A DNA stretch of 64,000 nt from Perna viridis. Taxonomy: Eukaryota. A model generated the notes under the pieces. That model was not told where the DNA came from, did not search any database, and saw nothing but the letters and a program-made list of their open reading frames with translations. A program made the position numbers and the translations under genes. This document shows, in pieces, positions 1 through 13,322 of this stretch; position 1 is the stretch's first letter; every line of letters starts with the position of its first letter. The stretch is taken from positions 15,004,001 through 15,068,000 of the forward strand of contig CM074517.1 in NCBI GenBank assembly GCA_037379345.1, given 5' to 3'.

Positions 1-213
1 CATACACAACAAAGAACATTAAGTAACTAAAATCATACATACAAAGTAACAAAAGCAAATGAACTCGGACTCCACTAAAAACTGGGAGCATGGACCAGGG
101 GCTCCGGTAGGGTAAGCGTCATTTGCTTTTCTAGAAACACCCGCCTAGTTGCTCATAAAAAAAGTCAAATCCGGGGTAGACGAAAGAGGAAAAGAATACT
201 ATGACACGATGAA
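1..213 (-). mobile_element. 3' tail fragment of the same Penelope-like family (runs off window start)
   Basis: Colinear with 59930-60143. Shared blocks: ACTCCACTAAAAACTG, TGGACCAGG, GTAGGGTAAGC, GGGTAGACGAAAGAGGAAA, ATGACACG. Confidence 0.85.
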
Positions 214-290
214 CAAATCAGTTTTGTGCATATAAGGAATGATTGTAATGTCTGTCTAATTTCATCAGATTTCCTGTCTGTTTAAGAAGC

Positions 291-386
291 AGTCTTTAAT
301 AGGTGATTCATACATGTTAAAACCCACAGAATTCACTTTTAATTCTTATCCAGCAACTGTTACAAACTCCGTAACAAGTCTTAGTT
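291..386 (-). repeat. Unclassified dispersed repeat, copy A
   Basis: Its reverse complement (AACTAAGACTTGTTAC...TAACAGTT...AAAAGTGAAT...GTGGGTTTT...ATGAATCACCT) aligns with 61431-61532 and 62155-62258. Confidence 0.75.
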
Positions 387-3300
387 ACAGACAAACTATC
401 GGTTCATTAACATATAACATATGTAGACTAAAAAGCATCCTTTGTTCGGTGGGTTTTTCTACCCCATGAATCACCTTTGCCATTAACAGTGTCTAAATGT
501 TATTTGGATTGGTCCCTTAAACACACATTAAGCATACTACAGTCATTTCTGATACTTGTTAATACTTTTCTTAACATTCGACTCTCCAGTGAGTAACTGG
601 ATGATGTTACAGAGCAAGAGTAGTATTTAAGGTATGACTGTTTATGAAATTTAAACCTCAATCACGTGGTGCACACAAAATAACCTGCTACGCATTAAAA
701 TGTGCATCTCGGGCATTGAGATTATTTCAGATAGACAAAAAAATATAAAAGTCATTCCTTATGATTAAATTTAATTATCAGAAATCATCCAGTAAATCAT
801 TTAAAAGGTTTGATGACGTCACAGTCATTACAAAACCAGGTCTATAAGATGGAAGAATTTTTTTATCCAAACAGAATTCGTTTTAGTTCTGAAATTAAAT
901 TATTTTTATATACTTCAGACAAGTATTGAAAATACTATGTGAATTTGAAAATCCTCTGTAATATCACGCTAAGTATATTAGATTTTTTTAAAGCAAATTT
1001 GTATTGTAATATATTGATATAAACCTCGATAGATGAATTTCCTGAACCGGTACCATATATCAGTTAACATAAACTATTTATTTACAATTATTGGATATTA
1101 TTGACCACAAAGTATACATCACAGTTAGTGTTAATATCAATTGTTTTATCTATTACTAAGGAAACAATAAAGGAATATCTTTCTAAAACATGTTTGTTCT
1201 TTTCAGTGGCTATTGATGTCATAGAAACATCCCAGTTCTAAGTTACTGCTATACAGCAGTATTAATATATGTAAGCAAACAATCCGAATTATGAGCAATT
1301 ATTCCACATGGTACGTTTGTGTGGCGGCTATTGAAATTTTCATTCCGCTGGTTTGTTTATTTAGGTATAGTTTTTGTGTTTCTTTCGTTTTTTTTTAAAT
1401 TTTGTTTTAATATGTGTGTTTGTTGTTGCAGTGTCATTGGTCTTTGGTGAATCTTTGTCATTTAACTCGACAGGGGTTGCTTTTATGACGAACAAGATGA
1501 CATTATCTGAGGTCAATTGTGAATTTATAGCAAATTATGAAAGCTTAAGTTCTAAAGAGTGCCATTTTTTTTTATAGTAACGATAGTTCTAATAATACTC
1601 AAAACACAATTCCATGATTGCCCCAAAGGAACTGTTTTTCTGTTTTTCACTTATTACATATTATTTCATTCAGTAGGTAAAAAAAAATCCGCTGCTTGTT
1701 TTAGAGACCATTTTCGTGAATGATCGTGAATCAGAGATAAGGACCGAAAATGTCATTATACGCTCCCGAAAGGAGAGTAAATGGTTGTATTATAAACTGG
1801 GTTCAGTATATGTATGGCCAGAAAAACCATCAATATCCGGTTTGCGCATGTAAAAAATAGGAGCTTAAAAACAGCATCAGTGCAGCTTCATTCTCGTATA
1901 CTTGGTAAATGTAATTGGTAATCATTCCAGTCTAGGAAATAGAAGCTAGCTTCGATGATTAAATACAAACGAAATCTTAGGTTTTTCCAAGATAGGGCTG
2001 GTAAAAACATGGCAACGTATTGTTTACGAAAATGACGTTATCGGCTTATCGATACTGGACATTTCCACCTAAAGACATTCCGGACCATAACATCCCACAG
2101 TTCCTTACCAAAGCCAGACATTTTGGTTCATACATATTCCAAACCATGACAATAAGAGAATGCGTAAGGACATTAAAAACCGTATATCATAACAAATGTT
2201 ATCATTTTGGAAATTAATACTAACAGGATTATAATTAAAGGATTTATGTGTTTCTTCGGCGTTTAAAGTTCGTCATTTTACTGTTTGTATAATGAAAAGT
2301 TTATTATTAGAGTATCTGGAAGAATTGTCATTCAGTAGAAAAAAGGGGTATACAGGCTGATTACATGTTACTCTACAAATGGGATAATGATTGAGATAAA
2401 ACCAGAAATACATTTTTACGGTATATTTCCTCTTGAATACTCAGATTTATGAAACATTCTACATCCTTTAATCCAGGTTCCATATTTCTCCGTAAGCACA
2501 TGTAAACTGACGCATAAAAACAATTATTTGATTCTGTATATAACCGACCAGGGTTTGAATATATTCATTAAAAAACAGCTATGAAAACTGCATTATATTA
2601 GCTTCTTCCACAATATCATTGGTTTATCTGATATCATCAAGCGACGCGTATCCACACACTACTTATAAAGCAAAATTCACCGCTTGTGCACTTACATTCA
2701 TACTGCTTTACTTCAATAAACAGGCTGACGATTCAAACATTTTTCCGACGCTTTTTATCCTTTAACTTTAGGGACGCTCTTCTATGGAAACGCAAGTCAC
2801 CTGATCGCAATTCTGTTTCCCGATCGGCCAAATACTGATAACTGGGTGGCGTTCGAAAAAACTGTATCGAACCCATGTGCTATTTTTCTTGAATGAAATG
2901 TAGAAACTTATTAGTAAAAAGAACAAAATTTTACTGCGTCAGCTATCTTTTTTTTAAAGATAGTACTTGTTTTCTATATGACGAGTACCTGTTATAAATC
3001 GAGAAGATGACGAAGCTATGAAAACTAAACAAATCCTCGAACAACACATGCACATAGGAGCGTGAAGGAAATACATGACATGGGAAACTAAAGTAATTTT
3101 GTGACCTACCTTGCCACCAATATTTGGAGGCACAGACTGCTGGATACAGATGAAGCGTGTCCTTGTTTGTTGTTATTGTTTTTATTTAACGAATTGCTCA
3201 TTCTATGTTATGTCTAGGCTTTATACGGACTGTTAGTAGATGGCTTATACAGTGTTAATATAATTTACAGCTATGTAAATGATAATTAGGCTAACTCGGA

Positions 3301-6300
3301 AAATAAATACCAAACGGAGAGATCGGAAAAAAATGTTTGACTGAAATGAGAAATGAAACAGTCAGCCATGCCAATATTTTTTTTAAATTTATATAAAGTA
3401 CACTTCATTGTCAAAAAGATCAGATGAAGTGAAAAACAAACAAACAAAAAATTTAAAAAAATAAAACCAAAAATATTCTTATGTAAATTCTTATCCTTTT
3501 CAATTGCAGTATCATAATCGTCAACAATTATTTTACTTGACTTATTATCTTAAGATTTATAACAATGGCGCTGTGTCATATTTTTCTACCAACAGTTCAA
3601 AAGGGAAGCAACTCCATTTTATTCATGACGTCTGGTAAGCCAAACGTAAATTTCTGTTGATATTATCATTGTCGAAATAAATAAGATAATTTAGTCGACA
3701 ATATTTAATCATTCGCTAATTTTAACATAAAGAATATGGTTGTGTATATTCAAATAAATTTATTCCCTTTTTTATATTCATTTATATGTTGTATCTAATA
3801 TAAATTAGATTTTGCATTATTTATCATATTAGTTATGTGTCTTTTTTTCTATGTAATATCTAATCAATGTAACGAAAGAGAAGCATTCTTTATTTATCAA
3901 GTTCAGAATTATAATAAATAGCGAATAATATATGTAATTTATATTTATAATTTATAATTATAATTAAAACAAATACCGTTACTATTATGTATGACTACAC
4001 AATTATTTTCTGATTGTCGAGTGGACAAAGCTATTTATCAAAATGCTTGTTTATCCAGAAAAGAATTTGGACAACGGAGTGCGCTCCTGGTATTAGTTAA
4101 TGCGTAAATGTTCTACTATTACGAGGGGACATTATCATTAATTATCGGCCATTAATTTCACCCCTAAGAACACGTGAGTTGTCGATTGCGCAAGTTATGG
4201 GTTTCAGACCAATCCCCGGAAAGAGGACTCTACAATTATAAAGAATACATAAATTCTTATCACAAACAAGAACTGACACAAGGATTTGTAAAAGGGGAGG
4301 TGTGCTCGATTGTTTAGAGGACATTAAACTTACACCTTAGGAGTTTTGTAATGTCATCAAAGACTAGAAACTAAAACATGTAAATTGTTTAGGAAAGATG
4401 ATAAAACACCGATATCTGATATAAAACAGGCGAAAATCTCACCAAAAGCCTTTTTCCCCTTTTGTGGACGTGTCATTTTATTTTGTCCTTTTATCGCAAA
4501 TATGCAGTAGAGCTTTGTTATTTCGAAGCTTATCACTGTTGGGCGATAGTCAGAAAAAAATTCTCTTTTGACTTCTGTTTCTTTTTTTTCAATTCACTTA
4601 TATATCTATTTTTGTATACAAAAATGTATTAAATTTGGTCTTAATACAATGCTATGGTAATAAGAAATATATAATTCTATAATGCTGGCGTTTTGAGAAT
4701 ACTGAATTTAATATTTCTTATCGCCTCACAATTTGGTTTTTTTTTTCTGCTTATATTTCTTTTATATCACACAATTACATGCACCAAGTCTAAACATTAA
4801 CTATAAAACATGTTTACAAAAAACCTATAGTATATTCATACTACCAAAAATGATACGATTGTTCAATAACAATGAGCATGCAATTAATATGAACATTAGT
4901 GATGCTCACATTATTTTTTTCTATAATTAACGTGTGTTATTGCTGTACAGTATTTATCTTGTGAAAAACTCCCGAGGTTACTAAGGGTTAAACACAAGGT
5001 CACAGAACTGAAAATTAGGCCATAATATTGTTAGGAGGTTACTTAGTAAAAACAAATTTATCTAATTTGACTTGAATATCCTTTAGAAGTTCTCTCTCTC
5101 CTGCTGAATTTCTATAGGCAAACAATTTTTATGTTTAATATTCATAAAAGTAATATGTTTGATGGTATCTATGTTTTTTGAACCAGGTGCGAAATACCGA
5201 TACGCTTAGACGCCTCTGTGATTTCATTTTCTTTAAACTTCAGTGTTCACTCAAACGTATAAAAGCTGAAAATAAAAATGACACTAAATATTTCGTTACA
5301 TGCGATAAATTTTGATTTATGAATTAAACTTTTGTCTTTTCAAGTTTTTTGAAATGCGAGTTCTGAAACATGGCTTCTTTATTTAAAGATAAAATACGAC
5401 TATTTTAACGAAAACATTATGATGTGTGGGAGAAGTCTTAAACTTTGACTAAAAAGAATATAAATCTGAAGAAAATAAAAGTTGGATTTCTCGACATTAC
5501 TTTCCATCAGATACGAAAGATTGAATTTTTATCGCACTGTAAACAAATCGCTAGGTAGTGTAAATTGGTTCATGATTTACGGGTCTTTCCAGTCCGATGT
5601 TCGTTCCGGGTTTTATATCATCACAAGAAATAAATGGGATATTTCATACAATCAGAGCTTTGATCATACCGAAGGAAGTGCTGGAATACAGATGAAAGAA
5701 ATATTGTGTGAGATAATGTCATCAAGAGAAAAAAATCTATATCAACTTCCAGGGCCCTATGCAAATATATTTTTATCACGGGTTTGATTTGTGCGACTCC
5801 AGATGACCGGCACGAATTGTTATGTTAACGGCTTAATTAAATAGACAAATTACTGCAGATGGAAATTGGGTGTGTATTTAACGAAAATGCGAAAAAAAAT
5901 TCATGATTTTTTTTAAAGATTAAAACTGTGATAAGATATGTTTCGTGATGGTATCTTTGATGATTTCTTATATAATGAAATTTTGTTAATGGACGAATAG
6001 TTATAGTCGAAATCCTGACATAAATAAGACGGATCAAAACGTGATAACATGGTATTTTGGAATTTGGGTCGAAATTTCTTCGACGCAGCATTCTAAAACG
6101 TATCATAGTGGTTCTCTCAGCTGTTATTAAAAACAATAACAGTTAACTCTCTTTTTGATTAGGTTATTATATATCATCGAGGTATAAATAATTTCAAGCT
6201 AAGTTCACAATTTGCTATCAGCAGCTGTTTTCTTTCTTTCCTTCTGAAAACATTCGAAACATCTTAGAGATAAATTCTACGCTTTTCAGTTGAATCAAAG

Positions 6301-7599
6301 AATAAATTGAAATAATTCAATAACGTTGCTTCTGACGCAAATTATTACATCTTATGTAATGGACACAAATTGAATGTTCAAGCTGAAAAAAAGATATGTA
6401 AGAAATTATCACATAACTAAATAATTTATCAGTTATCATAGCGAATGATTGATGGATATTTCGTTTTTCCAGGTGTACAGAAATAAAGCTGTTCACTTGG
6501 TCTTTTACCATAACAGCTGCTTTGTAAAGCCTCTAGGCACTTAACTTACCCAATTATATTTTAAAATAATTTCGTAAGATCACAAAATATCATTCATCTT
6601 AACAACATCTTTTGAAATTTAAGAAATTCTATAGAAATAAGTACTGAGAGGGCAATCTTGGTCGTGTACTGAATTAACCCCCGGTCCAAATGACCATAGA
6701 ATATTTTTTTTAATCATCTGTTTGTCATTATGATCCAAATTACAATTTGGTGTCATGTAGGATAAAAAAACGAAGTTATGTTTGTTCAACTTACAGGGAG
6801 TCTGAAAATAATACACAAAAAGATCCATTTGTTAATGATAACTTCACCAATGCAACATGTCATTAATACATATTCTAATAGTAAACAAGTAAAATTAAGT
6901 TGCAGAAAAATAAATGTTAAAATAATTTACTTAGTCAACACAAAACTTGAATTTTAAAAGTTTTTCTCTAAAAGTTCAATTTTATCGGGCACATTTTTAA
7001 ATCTGCTCCGGCATGGACACTCAAATGTCTATGATACACTCTCGAATTCACTAAATACAGACAGCCTTCTGTTTCAAATATTAATAATACCTTAAATATA
7101 ACAATGAATTCCTATTGTATTTCAGAAAATACCCCCCTAATTTTCTTGTCTCATACTATAGTTGATTCACATCATTAAATATCTAAATAAGTGTAAAATA
7201 CACAACTATCTTGTAATGATAAATTATATGTTTTCTGGAATTTTATGTTGACAAGAATGTGTCTTAAACAAGATAGTTTGTAGTAATTAAAACCACAGGT
7301 GAAACTTGTAAATATTTATTATCGCCTGTCATCCCATTATTGAAAGTGTTAAATTGTTACATATAAATTATGAAAAAACAAGGTCGTATTTAAATAAAAA
7401 TTAAATCCTGGTCTATTACATTGCTTGTCAGGTTTAACGTTCCTATAATTCAAGTTAACTCTCTTTCCTATTGACTACGTTATTAAACGGACATAAAATC
7501 AAGCAATATTTTGCTGAAATAGCTAGATAAAAATGCTATAAACGCGCTTTTACAACCGTATAGTCAATAACTCAATTTGTTTAGAGGGTTATACTTAGC

Positions 7600-8007
7600 A
7601 AGTAGCAGCACGAGTAAATTTATGTGAAACAATAACATTTTCATTATCTGTATTGTCTCCCTTTCGGCGAATATAAAGATTATAGCGATTAATATAAATA
7701 GCTGATTTACAAATGCAAATTAGCATAAACATATGTAAAAAGTCGGTGATAATATGAATGAAAATTGACGACAAAATATTCCCCAGACACATTATTGCTG
7801 TAAAATGTCTTAATGTAAATTTTATAGGCCATATAGAGTGTTATTCACATTGCTTAATGTCCAAGTCGCGAGAACGGCCGTAGCTAGTGCTGGGTGCTTT
7901 ACGAGTGTTTGGTGAGTATATCTAACGAAATATTTTGGTAAAATTAATTTGTAGGTTTATCCTTTGACATGTTGTAGTAAATGGGAAACCTAAGCTACTA
8001 GGTGAGT
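7600..8007 (+). promoter_or_regulatory. Putative distal promoter / non-coding exon
   Basis: TGATTTAC and ATGCAAAT motifs (7704-7720), a GC/CpG-rich block at 7861-7911, and two GTGAGT splice donors (7912, 8002). Confidence 0.35.
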
Positions 8008-10262
8008 TTTGATTTGCAACTTAAAAAAAACCGTAATTTTGTGTTTCTCAATTTTAGTGATTGTTGTTTTAGTTTCTGATGAATTGTCGTGTTTGTCACT
8101 TGACACGACCTGAAACCTTCTCCCTTTCAGGAGTTAGGATCTATGGCATGCGATATTTGCTAACTTTTTTCCTTGATTGAAATGACTTATTATATCATGG
8201 AACGCATATATTTATTATAATATGAGAAATGTACAATAGTCAATATATTCCACTGTCTTAAAATTTATGCTATTTTTCATACTTGATTTTCGAATTACTA
8301 GTCACTGCAATATTTAGAATAATGCCGAATTCTTTTAATATATTTTAAAACATTTTTATATCTATAAAGTATTTATATATCATGAATTTAGTGAAGTGCT
8401 ACTGACATTCATTTTGGGCCTTGTATGGTTTTGCATTTTAAACACAATTGTATGACTTTGCATATTTAATGTTTTCATTGGTCCACGTGTCCTTTTCGTA
8501 CTAAATACAATTTTAGTTTCAAAAGGGGGCAATATATTTATCATTCTTATGTTTATTTTATCATTGATGCATATATTGACATTAATTTGGGGCAACGTTC
8601 TAAAAGGGAAACTCCTTAATATTATACTGTTGTCAATGTGCTCAAAGACTGAACCAAACTAATGAATCCTCGAGGTAAAGATCAGCGCCAGCACTTCAAT
8701 TGTTGTAATAAAAGTTATGCGTAATAACAAACTGAAGCATTTTCATTAATTTTATTTCTATTCTCTAAACATATTAGTTATAATAAGCAACAGCCTTCGC
8801 CGAGAATAATCTCTGTCAAGGTGTTAAATTGTTGTTTTATTCAAACCTAAAATATGTGGTAACCTAAGGGTCAATGTTGCATCATAGAAAGATATGTGGG
8901 TACATGGGATTTTTTCAACTTATTCGTCTATAATGTCGGTTTCAACTGGACACTCAGAATAAAAGAATAATATTATTTTTCATAAAAGCGGTATTGTTTT
9001 GAATACATTTTAAAGATTGTATTATTTTTATTAAATTGAGTTAATCACAGCATTGTATACAACTATGTCAAGACCTAAACAACCACTAAGATATATATAA
9101 ATATTCATTAATCATGCAAGTGGGGCCATTAAAGGTTTTAAACTTTTGATTGTAAATGTTTCAAATTTAAATGAGTTATAATTATCCTCTTTACGTTACA
9201 AAACACATTATCAAGAAAATTAATGAGTAGAAAAAAAAATGTGATAGATTAACATTTTATTAAGAGATGGACTGATGTCTAACATAATATAAAAATCACA
9301 TTTTCTATTCAAGCCACTGATTATAAAACATTAAACAAGTGTTCTAGTCTAACCTGTGAATATTTGGTAATTTGTTAACAATCAATATCAATTAGTATAA
9401 GAGTAATTATATAACGGTTCGGAACATTTATAAAATGCAGTTTAAAGATAAAAACAAAATAAAAATATATTTGTTGAAGACAAAAACAAAATTAAAAACG
9501 TGATTGAAACAAAAAGTAGAACAATTTAAAATAACAAACTTTTGTAATTAAGTAATATATATTTTATTTATTTCATTCGAGATTTTAAAATTTTGCTTCT
9601 CTTGATTTCATATATTCCCATAAACTCAGAATAAATTTCTATATGCACTAATCATTTTGTTTTTGTTTTTTTTTCAACTTCTTACTTTCTTTCTCGTCTG
9701 TCTTACTAGTGTGAATTACCATCACCATAAAAAAATCTTTGATTTCCTATTTAGTAAGGTTCAAATAATCGTTGAAAAACAACCATAATGTCAATCTTAT
9801 TCAAAATATATATATAAATATTTTTTGAGTATTCTTTAAACTTAAATTTTACAGAAATCTCCTTAGAGATATAGAAAATTCTTTTTCTAATTTTCAAACA
9901 ACTGACAAGGTGATGCTGACTTATCTACATGGATAATTAGATACAAGAGAAATTGACGATGTAATGTAATATAAATATTAATAACACCTACCTCTGTGCA
10001 TATAGCAAATCGTACAATAAGTTTGGTTACAATGGAACACTTTAGTCTAAGAATGATTCATCTTGAAGACAGAGACTTCTTTAAGGTCAATTGGGTTCAA
10101 GTAACGTTTTATTTACCTTATTTTACTCGGAATAATCCAACAGTGAACATTAGATTTGAATATTCAAACAGTACAAAATAAATCATCGTCTACGTTTTAT
10201 CGTTATATAAAAGGTTACTTATTATTGAATTTAATGTAGTAATATACAATTCATACATTTTA

Positions 10263-10698
10263 GAACATAATGATGATACAATACCAGTTTTTTTAATGAT
10301 ATTATTATACTAAAATGTAAATAGAGGTTAACGTTGCATAGGGGAATCCTGTTTGTGGTATGACGGTGTTATAAAAATATCTGCTGTTGTGTTTTCTGAA
10401 GTAAGTCGCACCCAAAAGTGACCATTAGAAGTTTTTTTAAATATGTTTTAGTATGAAGGAAATGACTCACTTTATTTCTAGTTTTATAGTCAGATAGATA
10501 AGTTACTAATTATTCAAATAAATGTATACAGCACGTACTAAAGTGAACATGATAATGGTACACTTTTTTTTAAATATATAACTAAAACGTGAAGGAAATT
10601 AACGTTGTATAGGAAAGTCCTGTTTGGGAGACCCTGGTGATTAAAAAAATCACTACTGTTGTAATTTCAAAAGTAGTTTGCATCAAAAATATGAGCAA
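10263..10698 (+). repeat. Old diverged tandem duplication (~270-280 bp period)
   Basis: 10263-10428 versus 10544-10698 share ACTAAAA, TTAACGTTG.ATAGG, TCCTGTTTG, CTGTTGT and AAGTA in the same order. Confidence 0.7.
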
Positions 10699-11078
10699 AT
10701 TCAAACGAGGAAGAAGCTATAAAAACGAAAAAAAAAATACCTAGAAACAATTGAGTCAATAAGGGTTTACCCTGGCTTAATGTTTCTCCCTGTGTAGGTG
10801 TTTTAAGAGCTCGTTTATTAAATTCGTTAAAGCTTAATGTACAAACTTTAAAATATATCCGCCATACAAAGTCAAAACCCAGCATGAAAATATGATGCAA
10901 TAGGTGACATTTAAAAAAATAAATATTAAATTGTGTACATGATATGATCTAATTCGTTATTGAAAACGAAATCTGCATGTATTTAAAAAAGATAAAGTAA
11001 TTCTAATTGTTTCGTTTGCTTTAAATAATATATTAACAATTGTGCAATCTAATAAAAAAAATAATCAGATAAACCAGT

Positions 11079-11254
11079 GGGAGAAAAATCAAGGAAATCA
11101 TGATCCGAGCAGAAATCAAAAGAATATCTCCCAATCCAAAAATATATAATGTAGACAGGGAAAATAGACACACACCAGAAAGAACATTGCATAACAAAAC
11201 ATAAAACAAGTACAAAAACAAAAGTAAATGAGCAAACCAGACTCCACTAAAACC
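11079..11254 (-). mobile_element. More diverged 3' tail fragment of the Penelope-like family
   Basis: Colinear with 59846-60010: GAGAAAAATCAAGG, AAATCAAAAGAAT, TAAATGAG, ACTCCACTAAAA. Confidence 0.6.
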
Positions 11255-11460
11255 AATGAGCATACATAGGAAAAAGAATGGACATGTTATCAAATGAAGG
11301 GTAAAAACAAATACAAACGTCTACAATAACTATGATGGCAGAGTTCTTAGTTTAATGATCAAGATGGTTATATACCATGAATCCCATGTAAAGAACGCTT
11401 GCAAATAACAATCAACAAGTCACATTTTAGGATTTATATCTTCCTTTATATTTGAATCTA

Positions 11461-11540
11461 ATGCTGCTGATGAGAGGCTACTTATTAAAACACGTGTACA
11501 TCATATCGAAATGTGCACTATATATGACTTGTATTTATGT
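11461..11540 (+). repeat. Dispersed repeat copy 1 with degenerate minimal hammerhead-like motif
   Basis: Shares AAACACGTGTACATCATATCGAAAT and flanks with 13263-13322. Contains CTGATGA at 11467-11473. Confidence 0.6.
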
Positions 11541-11652
11541 ATTTGTGAATCCTGTGATTTGTTGTGATACATGTCTCTCTAGACGATAGTTCCAATCTGT
11601 TTCGTCAATAAAAAGGTTAAATTAACTAAGAATTTAAGGATATGTATTTATC

Positions 11653-12560
11653 TTTATTTATTTATTTATTCAAGTCTTAAAAATAACATTGCCTATAAGC
11701 ACTTGTAGAATGACAGAACGAAACGGAACAATTAATTGATTATCTGTGTAAACTTTAAAAAAAAAAATCGATGTCAGTAACAACTACATGTAGAATTGTA
11801 GTCATTAAAGTTATCACACTAAAGAGGCTTGAAATACAAAAAATAATAATACAAAATAATATGTTAAAATATTAACCGTTTAAAAATATCAAACTTGATA
11901 TACTTCTATGGTGCAGTTTGAAAAAAGTAGCTACCAAATAAAAACGTAAAGGAACGTTCAGTTTTAAATATGTAACTAGTTTTTATTTTTACTTCGTAAT
12001 TATGACAGTTCAAATTATATGCACTAGTGATGGTTTTCTAATTCAGTTCATAATATCATATAATTTAGCCTCATATAAGACACAGTTATCGTTAATTGTT
12101 TTTCTTCGGTCAAGCTTAATCAATAGTTCAAATAAGGTCTTGTGCTGGCATGTCAAAAACATGACAAAAACTGATAGTAGTCCCATGTTTATTGAAAAAT
12201 TGATTTGTTTTGTTTCTAAGATTTGTGTTTTTACATTGAACTCTGAATCCTTTGAATTTGGATTTATCGAGTATTTCGTGTATATTTTTGTCTGCATGTG
12301 CCTTGGGTGTTGGTCTCTTACTAACTATAGCAACATCATTCACACATATCCAAAGTTAGGCTCCTCTTTAATTAATCTTTCTTTTTCTTTACGTTTAGTA
12401 TATTGTGCTATGTCAATTTCACTTAATTGTTCTAGGGGCCAATCTAAGGCTCCGGGTGTTTTCGTCGTTTTTTTTAATGGTCTTTTCACTTCCGGTTGCT
12501 GTTTTACAGACTGATAGAATTGTTGTCTATTTTGTCTGCATTACATAGTTAATACAATAT
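11653..12560 (-). mobile_element. Probable heavily decayed LINE 3' end (L1/Tx1-like)
   Basis: The minus strand ends in TTG(AATA)4, a LINE-type tail. The minus-strand peptide KSKFKGFRVQCKNTNLRNKTNQFFNKHGTTISFC resembles the ORF2 C-terminal zinc-binding (zf-RVT) region. Similarity was judged by eye and the upstream boundary is approximate. Confidence 0.4.
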
Positions 12561-13262
12561 TTCCACCTAATTGCTTTTCATATGCTATTGTTTACCATGC
12601 AGTTTACAATTATTTTTTTATCACCATATTAGTACAGACGCTCAATACATGTTGTCTTTGGCATGCATTTATTTCCTTCTTAGTATCTTGATTGATCTGG
12701 ACATACATTTGTTCTCTCTCATCGAAGTACATTGTTTTTTTTATCTTTTCTTCATTAAAGTGCATATGTATTTTAACCTGTCTTTAACGTTTAATTAAAA
12801 TACATTATCAAAAAATATCAGTAAAACTTTGCTTCCATCTAAGTACAAAGAACATTGTGTTCATTGGAATAGTTCCGTAAGTTCGATGATATACATTGTA
12901 CCTGAGGAGACATGTCATGTATCAGAACGTCCGAGCGTTCTAGAATCTCAGAAATCATTATTATTATTTATAGTTGATTGTGCTAAACATAATAATTTTT
13001 ATATCCTTGAAATTGGTAACCGCGCTTTTCAGTATTTAGTCTCGTATACTCCCATAAGACGCTGATGGTAAATAGAAATCAGAGATAGTGACAAGTCGAA
13101 AGGGTCGCCATTATATTATTAGATGGGAATATTTAAATCCCCTTTATAAATTTTGAACATTCATTTTATTCAACTAATAAATCGTCTATTGTTTTGTTGT
13201 AGAATAAAGAGTTTAAAGTACCCTGAACCCAATTTAATAACAAAACTGTAAAATGCAAATAA

Positions 13263-13322
13263 CTCATTGAAACACGTGTACATCATATCGAAATTTACAA
13301 TATTCATATGATTCGTATTGAT
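13263..13322 (+). repeat. Dispersed repeat copy 2 (3' half of hammerhead-like motif)
   Basis: CTCATTGAAACACGTGTACATCATATCGAAAT is a direct repeat of 11481-11512 with 2 mismatches. Confidence 0.6.

Noticed and set aside
12002-12514. 170-aa plus-strand ORF
   Set aside because: Antisense shadow of an A-rich decayed retroelement; no recognisable domain or splice context.
12902-12931. CTGAGGA-GACATGTCATGTATC-AGAACGTC as another hammerhead
   Set aside because: GAAA is missing and there is no stem I partner; too degenerate to support.
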